From the IMG/VR virus record IMGVR_UViG_3300042350_004528, positions 234,834 to 298,833 of that record: a DNA stretch of 64,000 bases, one strand, 5' to 3'. Below the pieces are notes generated by a model. It searched no databases, was not told where the DNA came from, and worked only from the letters and a program-made list of their open reading frames with translations. The number at the start of each line of letters is the position of its first letter. Position 1 is the first letter of the stretch. Position numbers and translations under genes: made by a program. Positions 45,789-54,524 of this stretch are shown piece after piece.

Positions 45789-45861
45789 TGGTGCGGGGAG
45801 GAATCGAACCTCCGACACAGGGATTTTCAGTCCCTTGCTCTACCAACTGAGCTACCGCACC
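45789..45861 (-). tRNA. tRNA-Phe(GAA)
   Basis: AGGGA-CTGAAAA-TCCCT. Confidence 0.92.
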
Positions 45862-46001
45862 AAGTAAAGATAATGGTTGGATTCCCGTTACACCCAACTC
45901 TGTACTGCTTCTTGAGTTTTACAAGCGCTTGGCAGAGGGAGCTGATTTCTTCGGCCCAAACTCGCTTGTCGACAGCTTATTTGGAGAAACCCATTATCTT
46001 C

Positions 46002-46100
46002 GTAGCGTATGTGGGATTCGAACCTAAACCAACTATTCATGCTTCGTTGGCCACCTGTACACGGGCTCATGACTGCGCCGTGCTCTCCAAGAGTACGCTA
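46002..46100 (-). ncRNA. tRNA-like RNA (acceptor + T-loop, non-canonical core)
   Basis: TAGCGTA/TACGCTA acceptor, GG-TTCGAAT-CC T-loop, internal TCATG/CATGA stem; no 7-nt anticodon loop found. Confidence 0.5.
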
Positions 46101-46334
46101 TGTATTTTAAAAGTTACAATTCATCGGAATGTGTTTGTTTTCCATTAAAAGTAGAGTTTGTATTATTTGCCGAATACATTCCCGAATTGTGGTACAAAAG
46201 TAAGAACAAAATTTTTAACCTGCAAATACTTTTGAAACTTTTTTCATTTTTTTTCAAAGAACTTATTTTAACGCTTGCTCTCGCAATTGTGGTACAAATG
46301 TAAGAACGAAACTTCAAACTCGCAAACTTTCAAC

Positions 46335-46369
46335 AAAAAAAAACCCGAACTTTTGGTTCGGGCTTTCTA
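46335..46369 (-). terminator. Intrinsic terminator of attenuator D
   Basis: GCCCGAAC-CAAAA-GTTCGGGT + long U tract; TAGAAAGCCCG is perfectly complementary to 46401-46411 in leader D. Confidence 0.88.
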
Positions 46370-46391
46370 CTATGGTTTACACAATGAATAA

Positions 46392-46469
46392 TTACACCAA
46401 TAGAAAGCCCGTAGATGAGTCCTCGCCTCTTCCAAAGAATCTATTCGTTGTATTTATCACTCTTTTCAT
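46392..46469 (-). CDS. Leader peptide D (25 aa) MKRVINTTNRFFGRGEDSSTGFLLV
   Basis: 14 of codons 3-17 are read by tRNAs in the 42743-45861 array. Confidence 0.8.
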   Translation of the reverse strand: MKRVINTTNRFFGRGEDSSTGFLLV

Positions 46470-46604
46470 TGAATGTTTTATAAGTTTTGTATAAATATAG
46501 GTAACTTTATAAAAAAGTCAAGTTTTTGAAAAAAAATATTTTTATCTACGATAAATACTTTATTATTGGTTGATATAACTTATATTTAAGTTATATTTTT
46601 TTTA

Positions 46605-47591
46605 ATGAAAAAAGCTTTAATTACTGGAATTACTGGTCAAGACGGGTCTTACTTGGCAGAATTTTTATTATCTAAAAACTATGAAGTACATGGTACTATA
46701 AAAAGAAACTCAATTAATGAAAATAATTTTGAGCGAATAATTCATATTAAAGATAATATTATACTACACTATGCGGATTTAACTGATTTATCTTCATTAT
46801 TATTAGTTTTACAAAAAGTAAAACCAGATGAGGTTTATAATTTAGCGGCACAATCGGACGTTAGAGTATCTTTTGATCAACCAATTTACACAATCCAAGC
46901 AACTGGTGTTGGGACGATTAATTTGTTAGAAGCTATTAGGCAATTAAACATATCGCCAAAAATTTATCAAGCATCTTCATCAGAAATGTTTGGTAATTCG
47001 ATTGATTCTGATGGGTATCAGAGAGAAACGACACCCATGCATCCCGTTTCACCTTATGGGTGTGCTAAAGTATTATCTTATAATATATGTAGAAATTATA
47101 GAAATGCTTATCATATGCATATATCAAATGGTATTCTTTTTAATCACGAGTCTCCTAGAAGAGGTACTAATTTTGTTACAAATAAAGTATGTAAGGAAGC
47201 CGTCAAGATTTATTTAGGGTTATCTAAAGAATTAAGATTAGGTAATTTAAATGCGACAAGGGATTGGGGCCACGCTAAGGATTATGTTAAAGCTATGTGG
47301 TTAATCTTACAACAAGACAAACCAGATGATTTTGTTTGCTCAACAGGTATATCACATTCGGTTAAAGATTTAGTTGAATATGTTTTTAGTAAATTGGGGT
47401 TAGATTGGACTCAATATGTTAAAGAAGATGCTGAGTTTTTACGAACAGAAGAGTTAAACAATTTAAAAGGTGATTGTACAAAATTAAAAATAAAAACTGA
47501 GTGGGCGCCAACATATTCTTTTGAAAAAATGTTAGATGAAATGATTAATTATTGGTTGGTGAGGTACAACAACGTAATCGATACAAAATAA
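46605..47591 (+). CDS. gmd: GDP-mannose 4,6-dehydratase
   Basis: ITGITGQDGSYLA, YNLAAQSDV, YQASSSEMFG, SPYGCAK, FNHESPRR, RDWGHAKDYV. Confidence 0.96.
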   Translation: MKKALITGITGQDGSYLAEFLLSKNYEVHGTIKRNSINENNFERIIHIKDNIILHYADLTDLSSLLLVLQKVKPDEVYNLAAQSDVRVSFDQPIYTIQATGVGTINLLEAIRQLNISPKIYQASSSEMFGNSIDSDGYQRETTPMHPVSPYGCAKVLSYNICRNYRNAYHMHISNGILFNHESPRRGTNFVTNKVCKEAVKIYLGLSKELRLGNLNATRDWGHAKDYVKAMWLILQQDKPDDFVCSTGISHSVKDLVEYVFSKLGLDWTQYVKEDAEFLRTEELNNLKGDCTKLKIKTEWAPTYSFEKMLDEMINYWLVRYNNVIDTK

Positions 47592-47614
47592 CATTTTTAT
47601 AAAATTTTATACAC

Positions 47615-48415
47615 ATGAATTTAGTTGTTGGAAATACTAGTCAATTATTCCCATATTTTAAAGAATATGATCCAAATATACTTGGTGTGTCTTCACGTAA
47701 TTTTAATTACGATGATTTAAAAAAATATAATTTTGATAAAGCGTTTTTGGTATTTGCCGAACAACAAATTCACTTAAACGAATCTGTTGATTTTTTTAGT
47801 AAGACTAATGTTGATTATACATTAGAAGTTATTAATAAATTAAAACAAAATACAAACACAATAATCATTTATTTATCATCCGATATGTGGGATTTATGTG
47901 AAGGTGGTATTACATTAAACACGCCGTTTAAAAACAGAAAAACTTCATATATTATTTCAAAAGAAATGTTAAAAAAAGAAGTTGAGGAGTTAAGGTTAAA
48001 AGAAGGTTTAGATATAAGAATCGTATACCCATTTAATTTTAATTCGCCATACAGAAGGCCAAATTTTGTTTTTTATAAATTTATGGATATAATAATAAAT
48101 AAAAATAAAATCCAAGTTGGTGACTTAGATTTTGAACGCGATATCGTACACCCAAAAATTATTGTGGACAGAAGTTTTAATTGTATTGGTGATGAAATAG
48201 TAGGTTCTGGAGTTTTAACACATGTCAAAACATTTTATTCTGAAATACTTAAACATTTTGGGTTTGATTATAATGAGTATGTTACAGAACATTTTGATAA
48301 TTTTCCAAATGTGAGGAAAACTTTTTACTACGAAACTCAAAATAAATACCTAAATTTATTGGATGATACGATCAAGGATATTGAAAAATACATACACATT
48401 AATACAAAAATATAA
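47615..48415 (+). CDS. NAD-dependent epimerase/dehydratase-like (extended SDR)
   Basis: YxxxK (YIISK), YPFNFNS, RDIVH; follows gmd. Confidence 0.65.
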   Translation: MNLVVGNTSQLFPYFKEYDPNILGVSSRNFNYDDLKKYNFDKAFLVFAEQQIHLNESVDFFSKTNVDYTLEVINKLKQNTNTIIIYLSSDMWDLCEGGITLNTPFKNRKTSYIISKEMLKKEVEELRLKEGLDIRIVYPFNFNSPYRRPNFVFYKFMDIIINKNKIQVGDLDFERDIVHPKIIVDRSFNCIGDEIVGSGVLTHVKTFYSEILKHFGFDYNEYVTEHFDNFPNVRKTFYYETQNKYLNLLDDTIKDIEKYIHINTKI

Positions 48416-48446
48416 AAATTCAAAGGGTTAGTTAAATAAAATATTT

Positions 48447-48914
48447 TTATCTACAATAATTATCTGCTGCGCATGACGCCGCCCAGGCATGTGGTTTACC
48501 AACCGCATCGTAACCCATAGACTTAGCATATCCAATACCAGCTTCGTATAGTTGGTTTGATTTTTCATTCTGTTTTGAATTGTAATCAACATGGACTGTT
48601 ATCTTTTTATCGATACCTTTAAGTTGATCCGCAACCTCAACCGATTTCACAACCTCGTTCCACAATTTGGGTTGCATGTTTGCAATTGGGTTATGATTCC
48701 TGGCTCTGGGTTCAGATTCTTTTTTATAGATAACGTGTACACCATGACCAATCTCATATAAACAAACCGTTGTGACATAGTTAATCTTAGCCCCAACTTC
48801 TTGTGAATCGCAGCCAATGTATATTTCACTCTTTGGGTATCTCTCAACCCAATTCTTTACATACTCAAATAAGTTTTCAATAGTTTTACCGTCTGTTTGT
48901 TTAAAATTTTTCAT
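48447..48914 (-). CDS. RNase H-like YkuK (DUF458) family protein
   Basis: YIGCDSQ, EVVKS, VHVDYN, KPHAWAASCAAD. Confidence 0.85.
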   Translation of the reverse strand: MKNFKQTDGKTIENLFEYVKNWVERYPKSEIYIGCDSQEVGAKINYVTTVCLYEIGHGVHVIYKKESEPRARNHNPIANMQPKLWNEVVKSVEVADQLKGIDKKITVHVDYNSKQNEKSNQLYEAGIGYAKSMGYDAVGKPHAWAASCAADNYCR

Positions 48915-48927
48915 AAAATATTAACCT

Positions 48928-50523
48928 TTAATACTCAAAGGTCGTGAATCCCATCATTCCCTCCGAATCTTTTACAAAATTAATGTGTTGCGCTTTACCA
49001 TCCTTATGGATAATAACGTGTGATTGTAACCAAGAACTTGGGCCATTATTATAACCAACCCTTAACTTTGTTGATGTTCCAACAGCCAAAGCACCATCTT
49101 TTCTACCTGGTGAATGGTAATGCCCGATTACAATCTTTGTGTTTAAATTTCGATACTGTTGCAACGAACCTCTGGATCCGTTTGACCCAATATCACCATG
49201 TTGCCCTAATTCCCAGTTTTTTACCCTGTATGAGTCGTTTCTACCTAAAGTTTTATACTTGGGGTACTTCTCATTTATCAAAGCTGGGATTACACCCTTA
49301 ACAGCATGTGGGTTCTCAGCATATTGGCCCAAGAGTATATCTGAGAGTTGCATATACAATCTTGAATTTTTCGGTGTTGGTTGTTTTTTCCAATCCTCAT
49401 TCTTCAACCAACGATCCAAAAAATCATCGTGATTACTTCTCACAACAACCACATTATTATACTTTTCAAAGTCTTTTAACCCATCCATCATCATATCAAG
49501 TTCTCTCTTTAAATCGTTGGTTCCGTTTATTTCTTTACCATATTGTATAAACGGATCTTTCATTTGATGATGACTTATTGAATCGCCATCAAAAACATCA
49601 TGTAAAATCACATGGTTTGGTGTCAATTTATTCATAAAATCATGCGTGACAGATAAAACATTATGATCATGGCTACCATAGTGTAGGTCACCCAAAATAA
49701 TCGCTTCAATAGTATCTATTTTTTCAACATCACCAGATTTAACAGAATAACATAAATCTGTGAAATCACCAGTCTTATCATCGGCTGTGACTTGTCTAAC
49801 ATAAAAAGTATCTTTATCCTTTATCTCAACAATCGCAAAACCGTAAGTATGATGAAACTCACCTTTTTTACCTGACTTAGAGTCCGTGTAATTCATTTTG
49901 GTTACAGCACCAGTTGTTAACATCATTTTAGGTTTATTACCCTCTAAAACTGGAATCATTTCCATTTGAACTTTTGGTGCGCCAAAAACACAAGAATTAA
50001 TACCACTCATGCCCTGCAATCCGCTCATTGGATTTGTTGCTGTGGGTTGAATTTTGATATCAGACATAATCGCCAAATATTTGTGTAGGTTATGTCTATT
50101 CGCATCCAGATACGGTAATACAGCATCATCCCAAGTATCAAAATCTCTGTCTGTAAATACGGATGTTGGATTTTTGTATCTACCAGCAATCACGTGAATG
50201 TCGGCATTTAAAAATTCAGCATAGGCTTTTATATTTTTTAATAAACCATTGTGTACTGGGGTGTCATTTTGCGCCCAAGTTATAATAAACTTATTCTGTT
50301 CTTTGTTTAACTGTTTTTGTTTTGCCAATTCATATTGCTCAGAAACAACATCAACTTTTTCTTTAAAGTTTAATTTTTCAGAGCACCATTTTCTAACCGT
50401 TCTTTCAGACTTACCAAAAAGTTCCATTAAAGCTTTCATTCTATCATCCCAGGCTAACTCTTTGTTAACGTAAATGTTTTTAGCTTTTTCTATTTGTTCT
50501 TCTGTTAATTCATTAAATTTCAT
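48928..50523 (-). CDS. Phage protein with N-terminal HTH and metallophosphoesterase-like C-terminal domain
   Basis: GKSERTVRKW; GDLHYG, HDVFDG, RSNHDDFL, HGDIG, GHYHSP. Confidence 0.7.
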   Translation of the reverse strand: MKFNELTEEQIEKAKNIYVNKELAWDDRMKALMELFGKSERTVRKWCSEKLNFKEKVDVVSEQYELAKQKQLNKEQNKFIITWAQNDTPVHNGLLKNIKAYAEFLNADIHVIAGRYKNPTSVFTDRDFDTWDDAVLPYLDANRHNLHKYLAIMSDIKIQPTATNPMSGLQGMSGINSCVFGAPKVQMEMIPVLEGNKPKMMLTTGAVTKMNYTDSKSGKKGEFHHTYGFAIVEIKDKDTFYVRQVTADDKTGDFTDLCYSVKSGDVEKIDTIEAIILGDLHYGSHDHNVLSVTHDFMNKLTPNHVILHDVFDGDSISHHQMKDPFIQYGKEINGTNDLKRELDMMMDGLKDFEKYNNVVVVRSNHDDFLDRWLKNEDWKKQPTPKNSRLYMQLSDILLGQYAENPHAVKGVIPALINEKYPKYKTLGRNDSYRVKNWELGQHGDIGSNGSRGSLQQYRNLNTKIVIGHYHSPGRKDGALAVGTSTKLRVGYNNGPSSWLQSHVIIHKDGKAQHINFVKDSEGMMGFTTFEY

Positions 50524-50526
50524 ATT

Positions 50527-50907
50527 TTATCTTTTTAAATTCTCAATTCTAATATAAGTATCTTCAAATTCTTTTATGAGCGTTTGATGCTCGTCTATTA
50601 ATCCGTTTATATCATTTAGTTTATCAAACCATAATTTAGTTATAGTACCTCTACCCCACCCTTCTTTACTTTCACTAAGAGCACCGAATAATGTTGGCTC
50701 AATCATAGCTAATAAATCTCTTTGGTTGTCTATGATTTCGGCACGTTTTATTGATAACGCACCTTGTAAATTTATTAATTGGTTTGATACCACTTCCAAT
50801 TCAACCTCTTTTTTTGTTTTTGGGTTTAGCTTTGTAATATCAACACCACGTGCTTTTAATATTCTCAAGAACCATTCGGTCATCGCAAATAATAGTTTTG
50901 TAGTCAT
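50527..50907 (-). CDS. Hypothetical protein
   Basis: 126-aa ORF. Confidence 0.55.
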   Translation of the reverse strand: MTTKLLFAMTEWFLRILKARGVDITKLNPKTKKEVELEVVSNQLINLQGALSIKRAEIIDNQRDLLAMIEPTLFGALSESKEGWGRGTITKLWFDKLNDINGLIDEHQTLIKEFEDTYIRIENLKR

Positions 50908-50957
50908 TGTATAAAGTTAGTTTTTTGTTGTTTAATGTATCGCAATCCACCAAATTT

Positions 50958-51365
50958 TTAATCAGTTAAAAGTTCTGCTGATTGGCTTGGTTGTTCTTGA
51001 TTTATTCTAGGTAACTTTCGATAAACGTTATCAAAACGCTTATCTAATTGTTTTTCGAATTCTCGCATGACATCATCAATCCTATCATGAATATGTTTTG
51101 ATTCCTGATGAATTTGATTATGTATGTGATCGAATTCTCTTGTCATGTCATTTCTGACATCTTTTATTATTTCATTGTTTTTACGATCATAGTTCTCAAA
51201 TTCGCGATAAACAACATCGAATCGAGTACCAACATCCGCACGAAAACCCTCTAGCTCAGAGACCTTTCGCTTTAAACTAACAATCGCCCAGATGCCCGCA
51301 CCTAAGCCGATTACCGCAACCGTAGATAAAACGGTCACTAAGATTGTAGCTATTATTGTATCCAT
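50958..51365 (-). CDS. Membrane-anchored coiled-coil protein
   Basis: N-terminal TM followed by heptad-like region. Confidence 0.6.
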   Translation of the reverse strand: MDTIIATILVTVLSTVAVIGLGAGIWAIVSLKRKVSELEGFRADVGTRFDVVYREFENYDRKNNEIIKDVRNDMTREFDHIHNQIHQESKHIHDRIDDVMREFEKQLDKRFDNVYRKLPRINQEQPSQSAELLTD

Positions 51366-51520
51366 ATAATTTCTGTTTTTAAAAATATTTTATTTTATAT
51401 GGTAGATCGCGATACATTTCACAACACAAACAATATTAAACAATATTTTGAAATAAAACAACATTCGGGCAAAAAAAAATCCGACTCTATGGTCGGATTT
51501 TTAATTAAAGTCTATTTTTA

Positions 51521-51787
51521 TTATTCTGTCGGTGTATCACCACTCGTCTCATTTTTGTTCTTTTTAAATGAAAACTTGTCAAGAGTATCACTACCCATAC
51601 CAATTGCTGTAATCACCAATACAGCATCCACTAAAGTGTCTGATGGTGAAAATCCAGAATGTGATAATGAATTTACTACCATGGAAACACAAAGAAAAAC
51701 CGCTCCCATAAATGCAATAACTGGTTTCACTGATGTTGATCCTCTCTCGTCTTTAAATAAATCGATAACCCATTTTTTAAATGTCAT
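51521..51787 (-). CDS. Two-TM small membrane protein (holin-like candidate)
   Basis: DERGSTSVKP followed by two hydrophobic helices. Confidence 0.55.
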   Translation of the reverse strand: MTFKKWVIDLFKDERGSTSVKPVIAFMGAVFLCVSMVVNSLSHSGFSPSDTLVDAVLVITAIGMGSDTLDKFSFKKNKNETSGDTPTE

Positions 51788-51863
51788 AATTGTATTGTTT
51801 TTGTTTGTTTATTTTACCCATATATAAATATTTTCATAAACTGGTAAAACACAAAAAATACAA

Positions 51864-52124
51864 TTATTCTTTTTCAGGTACAATCACATCTTTAATCTTT
51901 CTAAGTGTGATTGAAATAGCTTCAGATTCCTCGACAGAAAAAACACCAGATGCTTGGGCATACCTCAAAGCTGAGTGTATTGTAATCAATACATCGTGTA
52001 CCGATTTAGCATTTAATCTTTCGATATATTGCTCAAATTCTTCTTCGTTATTATATGCTAACACACCAAACAAAACACCCATTGGTTTTTGCTCTTCTGT
52101 GATATTTTCATTTTCCTTACTCAT
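51864..52124 (-). CDS. Hypothetical protein
   Basis: 86-aa ORF. Confidence 0.6.
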   Translation of the reverse strand: MSKENENITEEQKPMGVLFGVLAYNNEEEFEQYIERLNAKSVHDVLITIHSALRYAQASGVFSVEESEAISITLRKIKDVIVPEKE

Positions 52125-52797
52125 ATGTTGTAAAAAAGTTTACGCCTAAAACATGAAACATCGTATCTTCATATCTTTCAGACCTGGTTGTATGAAAGTG
52201 TCCATAAAACCAATGTTTTATTTTATTGTTTTCGTTTAAAATATTATACATTTCATTGAAACGATTCCTCTCATCGGTTAAATCTTGTATGAGTTTAGAA
52301 TCATAACTGGCGAATGATAGAACGAGGCTATTAAAAGTTTGTGGAAAAACAAAATGTGGCGCACTGTGCGTTATCACCGTATCAATGTCCCTAAACTCCG
52401 ATAATTTTTCGGAATCAAAATTAAAAACCTCGTCTTTCCACCAGCTCACATTTTCAGTTCGTTGTAATCTATCAATTGATATCGCACCGCCAACCAATAG
52501 TATTCTTTTACCCTCAATTTCTAATACGGTATAATCTGGAAGTAATTTAATATTACTCCAATTATAATCTCCATTAAAAAATTTTGGATCATCGTGATTA
52601 CCTCTTATTGCATATAGAGTAACATTATTGTATGCTAATTCGGTATTGAGATATTCCATATCATCTATAAAAGATGATCTAAACCCAGCGCCAAAATCAC
52701 CAACCTGTATAAGATTGATGGGCTCCTGTGTTTCATTTCTTTTGGAGAAATAATAAATCTCTTGGAAGTCTCCATGTATATCACCTAATAGTACCAT
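52117..52797 (-). CDS. Calcineurin-like metallophosphoesterase
   Basis: GDIHG, VGDFG, RGNHD, THSAP, YGHFH. Confidence 0.9.
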   Translation of the reverse strand: MVLLGDIHGDFQEIYYFSKRNETQEPINLIQVGDFGAGFRSSFIDDMEYLNTELAYNNVTLYAIRGNHDDPKFFNGDYNWSNIKLLPDYTVLEIEGKRILLVGGAISIDRLQRTENVSWWKDEVFNFDSEKLSEFRDIDTVITHSAPHFVFPQTFNSLVLSFASYDSKLIQDLTDERNRFNEMYNILNENNKIKHWFYGHFHTTRSERYEDTMFHVLGVNFFTTYE

Positions 52798-52817
52798 GGG
52801 ACAAATATAGATATTGT

Positions 52818-53078
52818 TTAAGAAATAAACAACTCTTTTTTCTTTGTTTTTTTGTGAACCTTATCGGCGTAACTTTTCATTGGTACCGATCTCTTAAAAA
52901 GACTTTCAGATTTTTTATAACGTATTTCCATCACACTAATATATAAAGATGGTAAATAAACTAAGTAGAATATCGCAACAAATTTTTCAACACCATGGTC
53001 AAGCAAAAGTACAAACGGTGAGAATATGATCATCAGATCAAGTATGCATTTAATAGTCTCAAAATTCTTTTTTATCAT
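52818..53078 (-). CDS. Small membrane protein
   Basis: Two hydrophobic segments. Confidence 0.5.
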   Translation of the reverse strand: MIKKNFETIKCILDLMIIFSPFVLLLDHGVEKFVAIFYLVYLPSLYISVMEIRYKKSESLFKRSVPMKSYADKVHKKTKKKELFIS

Positions 53079-54238
53079 GCTGAAACAACTCTTCTAACTT
53101 TACCTTCAAGAAAGGCTTTATAATTAGGGCCTCTAAGAATAAGAATCTCGTTACCCTCTCGTTTAAAACGGAAAATCCCAGCAGCTTCTGCTGAGTCCAA
53201 TAAAGTTTGTAGATAACCTTGTTTATGTTTTAAGTTATTTGCTTCAAAGAAGTCGTCCAGGATCGGTTTTTTAGCTGTGCTAATGAAACTAATTAAGTCT
53301 AAGATAATTTTGTTTTTGTTTGGTGTACTGAATGAATATGAGAAGTTTGGATTATCTGTTTTCCAAAATACAAAGTTTTTGTTAAAAGGGTCTATTTGTA
53401 TAACACTGGTATCAATATATTTTTTTAATAACGAAAATACTGTTTTTCTAAAAAATTTCTCGGCGATAACTTCATGCGTTGGGATTCGGTAAATTTCAAA
53501 AAAAGTGTTTAATAAAACCTCACCCTTTCTATTTTTAACATCGACAATAATTTTATTACTATCGTTCGGAAAAACCAAACATTCGATGTATATTGATGGC
53601 TCTTTAACACTTTCCCAGGTTATTAATAATTTACCATCTTTACTCAAAGATTTAATCGCTTTCCAACCACCAATATCAGTTTTCATCTCATAATTTAAAA
53701 ACTTATCATCAAATACATTTTTAATTATCAAATCAACCCTTTTCGGGTTTTGTGTTTTTTCTACTTTTGCTGCAATTGGGATGTTTGGTGTTTGCCTTTG
53801 TGTCGGTTCTTTTGTAATAGGGATATTTGAAGCCTTATTTGGTGTGTTTGATTTAGGTTGTTGTGAGTTTAATTGACCATCTATCTCATCAAACAACTCA
53901 ATAATTGGGTTGTAATTTTCTTTAATTAAAGGGAGGTTAAGTTCATACCCATCATAATAATTTGTTGATGTGAGGTCAAGTTCGGATTCGTTTATACTAA
54001 AACCAAACTCACCTAAAACCCCACCGATTCTTTCACCAACTAATTCATCCAAAAATTCAATGACGGAGCTGTGCGTTGTAAAGTTTTCTGTGATATTTTC
54101 TATCTCATCCAAAGTTATAACCTCGGAATAAGTTCCATATCTACCACTTAAGGTCAAATTAAGACGATTATTGTCCTGTCTACCCTCAGTTAAAATCTTA
54201 TTAATTAAATTCTTTCTATACAGATCAGCTCTTTTCAT
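53075..54238 (-). CDS. Hypothetical protein
   Basis: 387-aa ORF preceded by a TATTTAT motif. Confidence 0.65.
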   Translation of the reverse strand: MKRADLYRKNLINKILTEGRQDNNRLNLTLSGRYGTYSEVITLDEIENITENFTTHSSVIEFLDELVGERIGGVLGEFGFSINESELDLTSTNYYDGYELNLPLIKENYNPIIELFDEIDGQLNSQQPKSNTPNKASNIPITKEPTQRQTPNIPIAAKVEKTQNPKRVDLIIKNVFDDKFLNYEMKTDIGGWKAIKSLSKDGKLLITWESVKEPSIYIECLVFPNDSNKIIVDVKNRKGEVLLNTFFEIYRIPTHEVIAEKFFRKTVFSLLKKYIDTSVIQIDPFNKNFVFWKTDNPNFSYSFSTPNKNKIILDLISFISTAKKPILDDFFEANNLKHKQGYLQTLLDSAEAAGIFRFKREGNEILILRGPNYKAFLEGKVRRVVSA

Positions 54239-54314
54239 TAAAAATGAATTTACTTATAAATAGTTTAAAAAATCCATTTATACTCTCAAAATTTTTTTTT
54301 ATTATTGTTTCTAT

Positions 54315-54524
54315 ATGAGAATAATAATCAAAGAATTACCAAAGATAAATCACATATATCTATTTGATCAAACAATGCGCCCACTCTTTATGGACATTGT
54401 AAGTAAAAGGAATACAAAATCTTATATAAAAAAAATGATAAAAAAGTACGATATTATTGATTTTGATTTTGTTTCTGCGATAGATTTATCAAATACTACC
54501 GATAGTTTTAGGGGCCATATTTGA
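54315..54524 (+). CDS. Hypothetical protein
   Basis: 69-aa ORF diverging from 54238. Confidence 0.4.
   Translation: MRIIIKELPKINHIYLFDQTMRPLFMDIVSKRNTKSYIKKMIKKYDIIDFDFVSAIDLSNTTDSFRGHI

Noticed and set aside
42687-46317. ORF-track entries within the large tRNA array (e.g. 43173, 43595, 43669, 43870, 44874, 45208, 45708, 45888, 46100, 46114)
   Set aside because: They overlap tRNAs, structured RNA or promoters and show no protein-like motifs.
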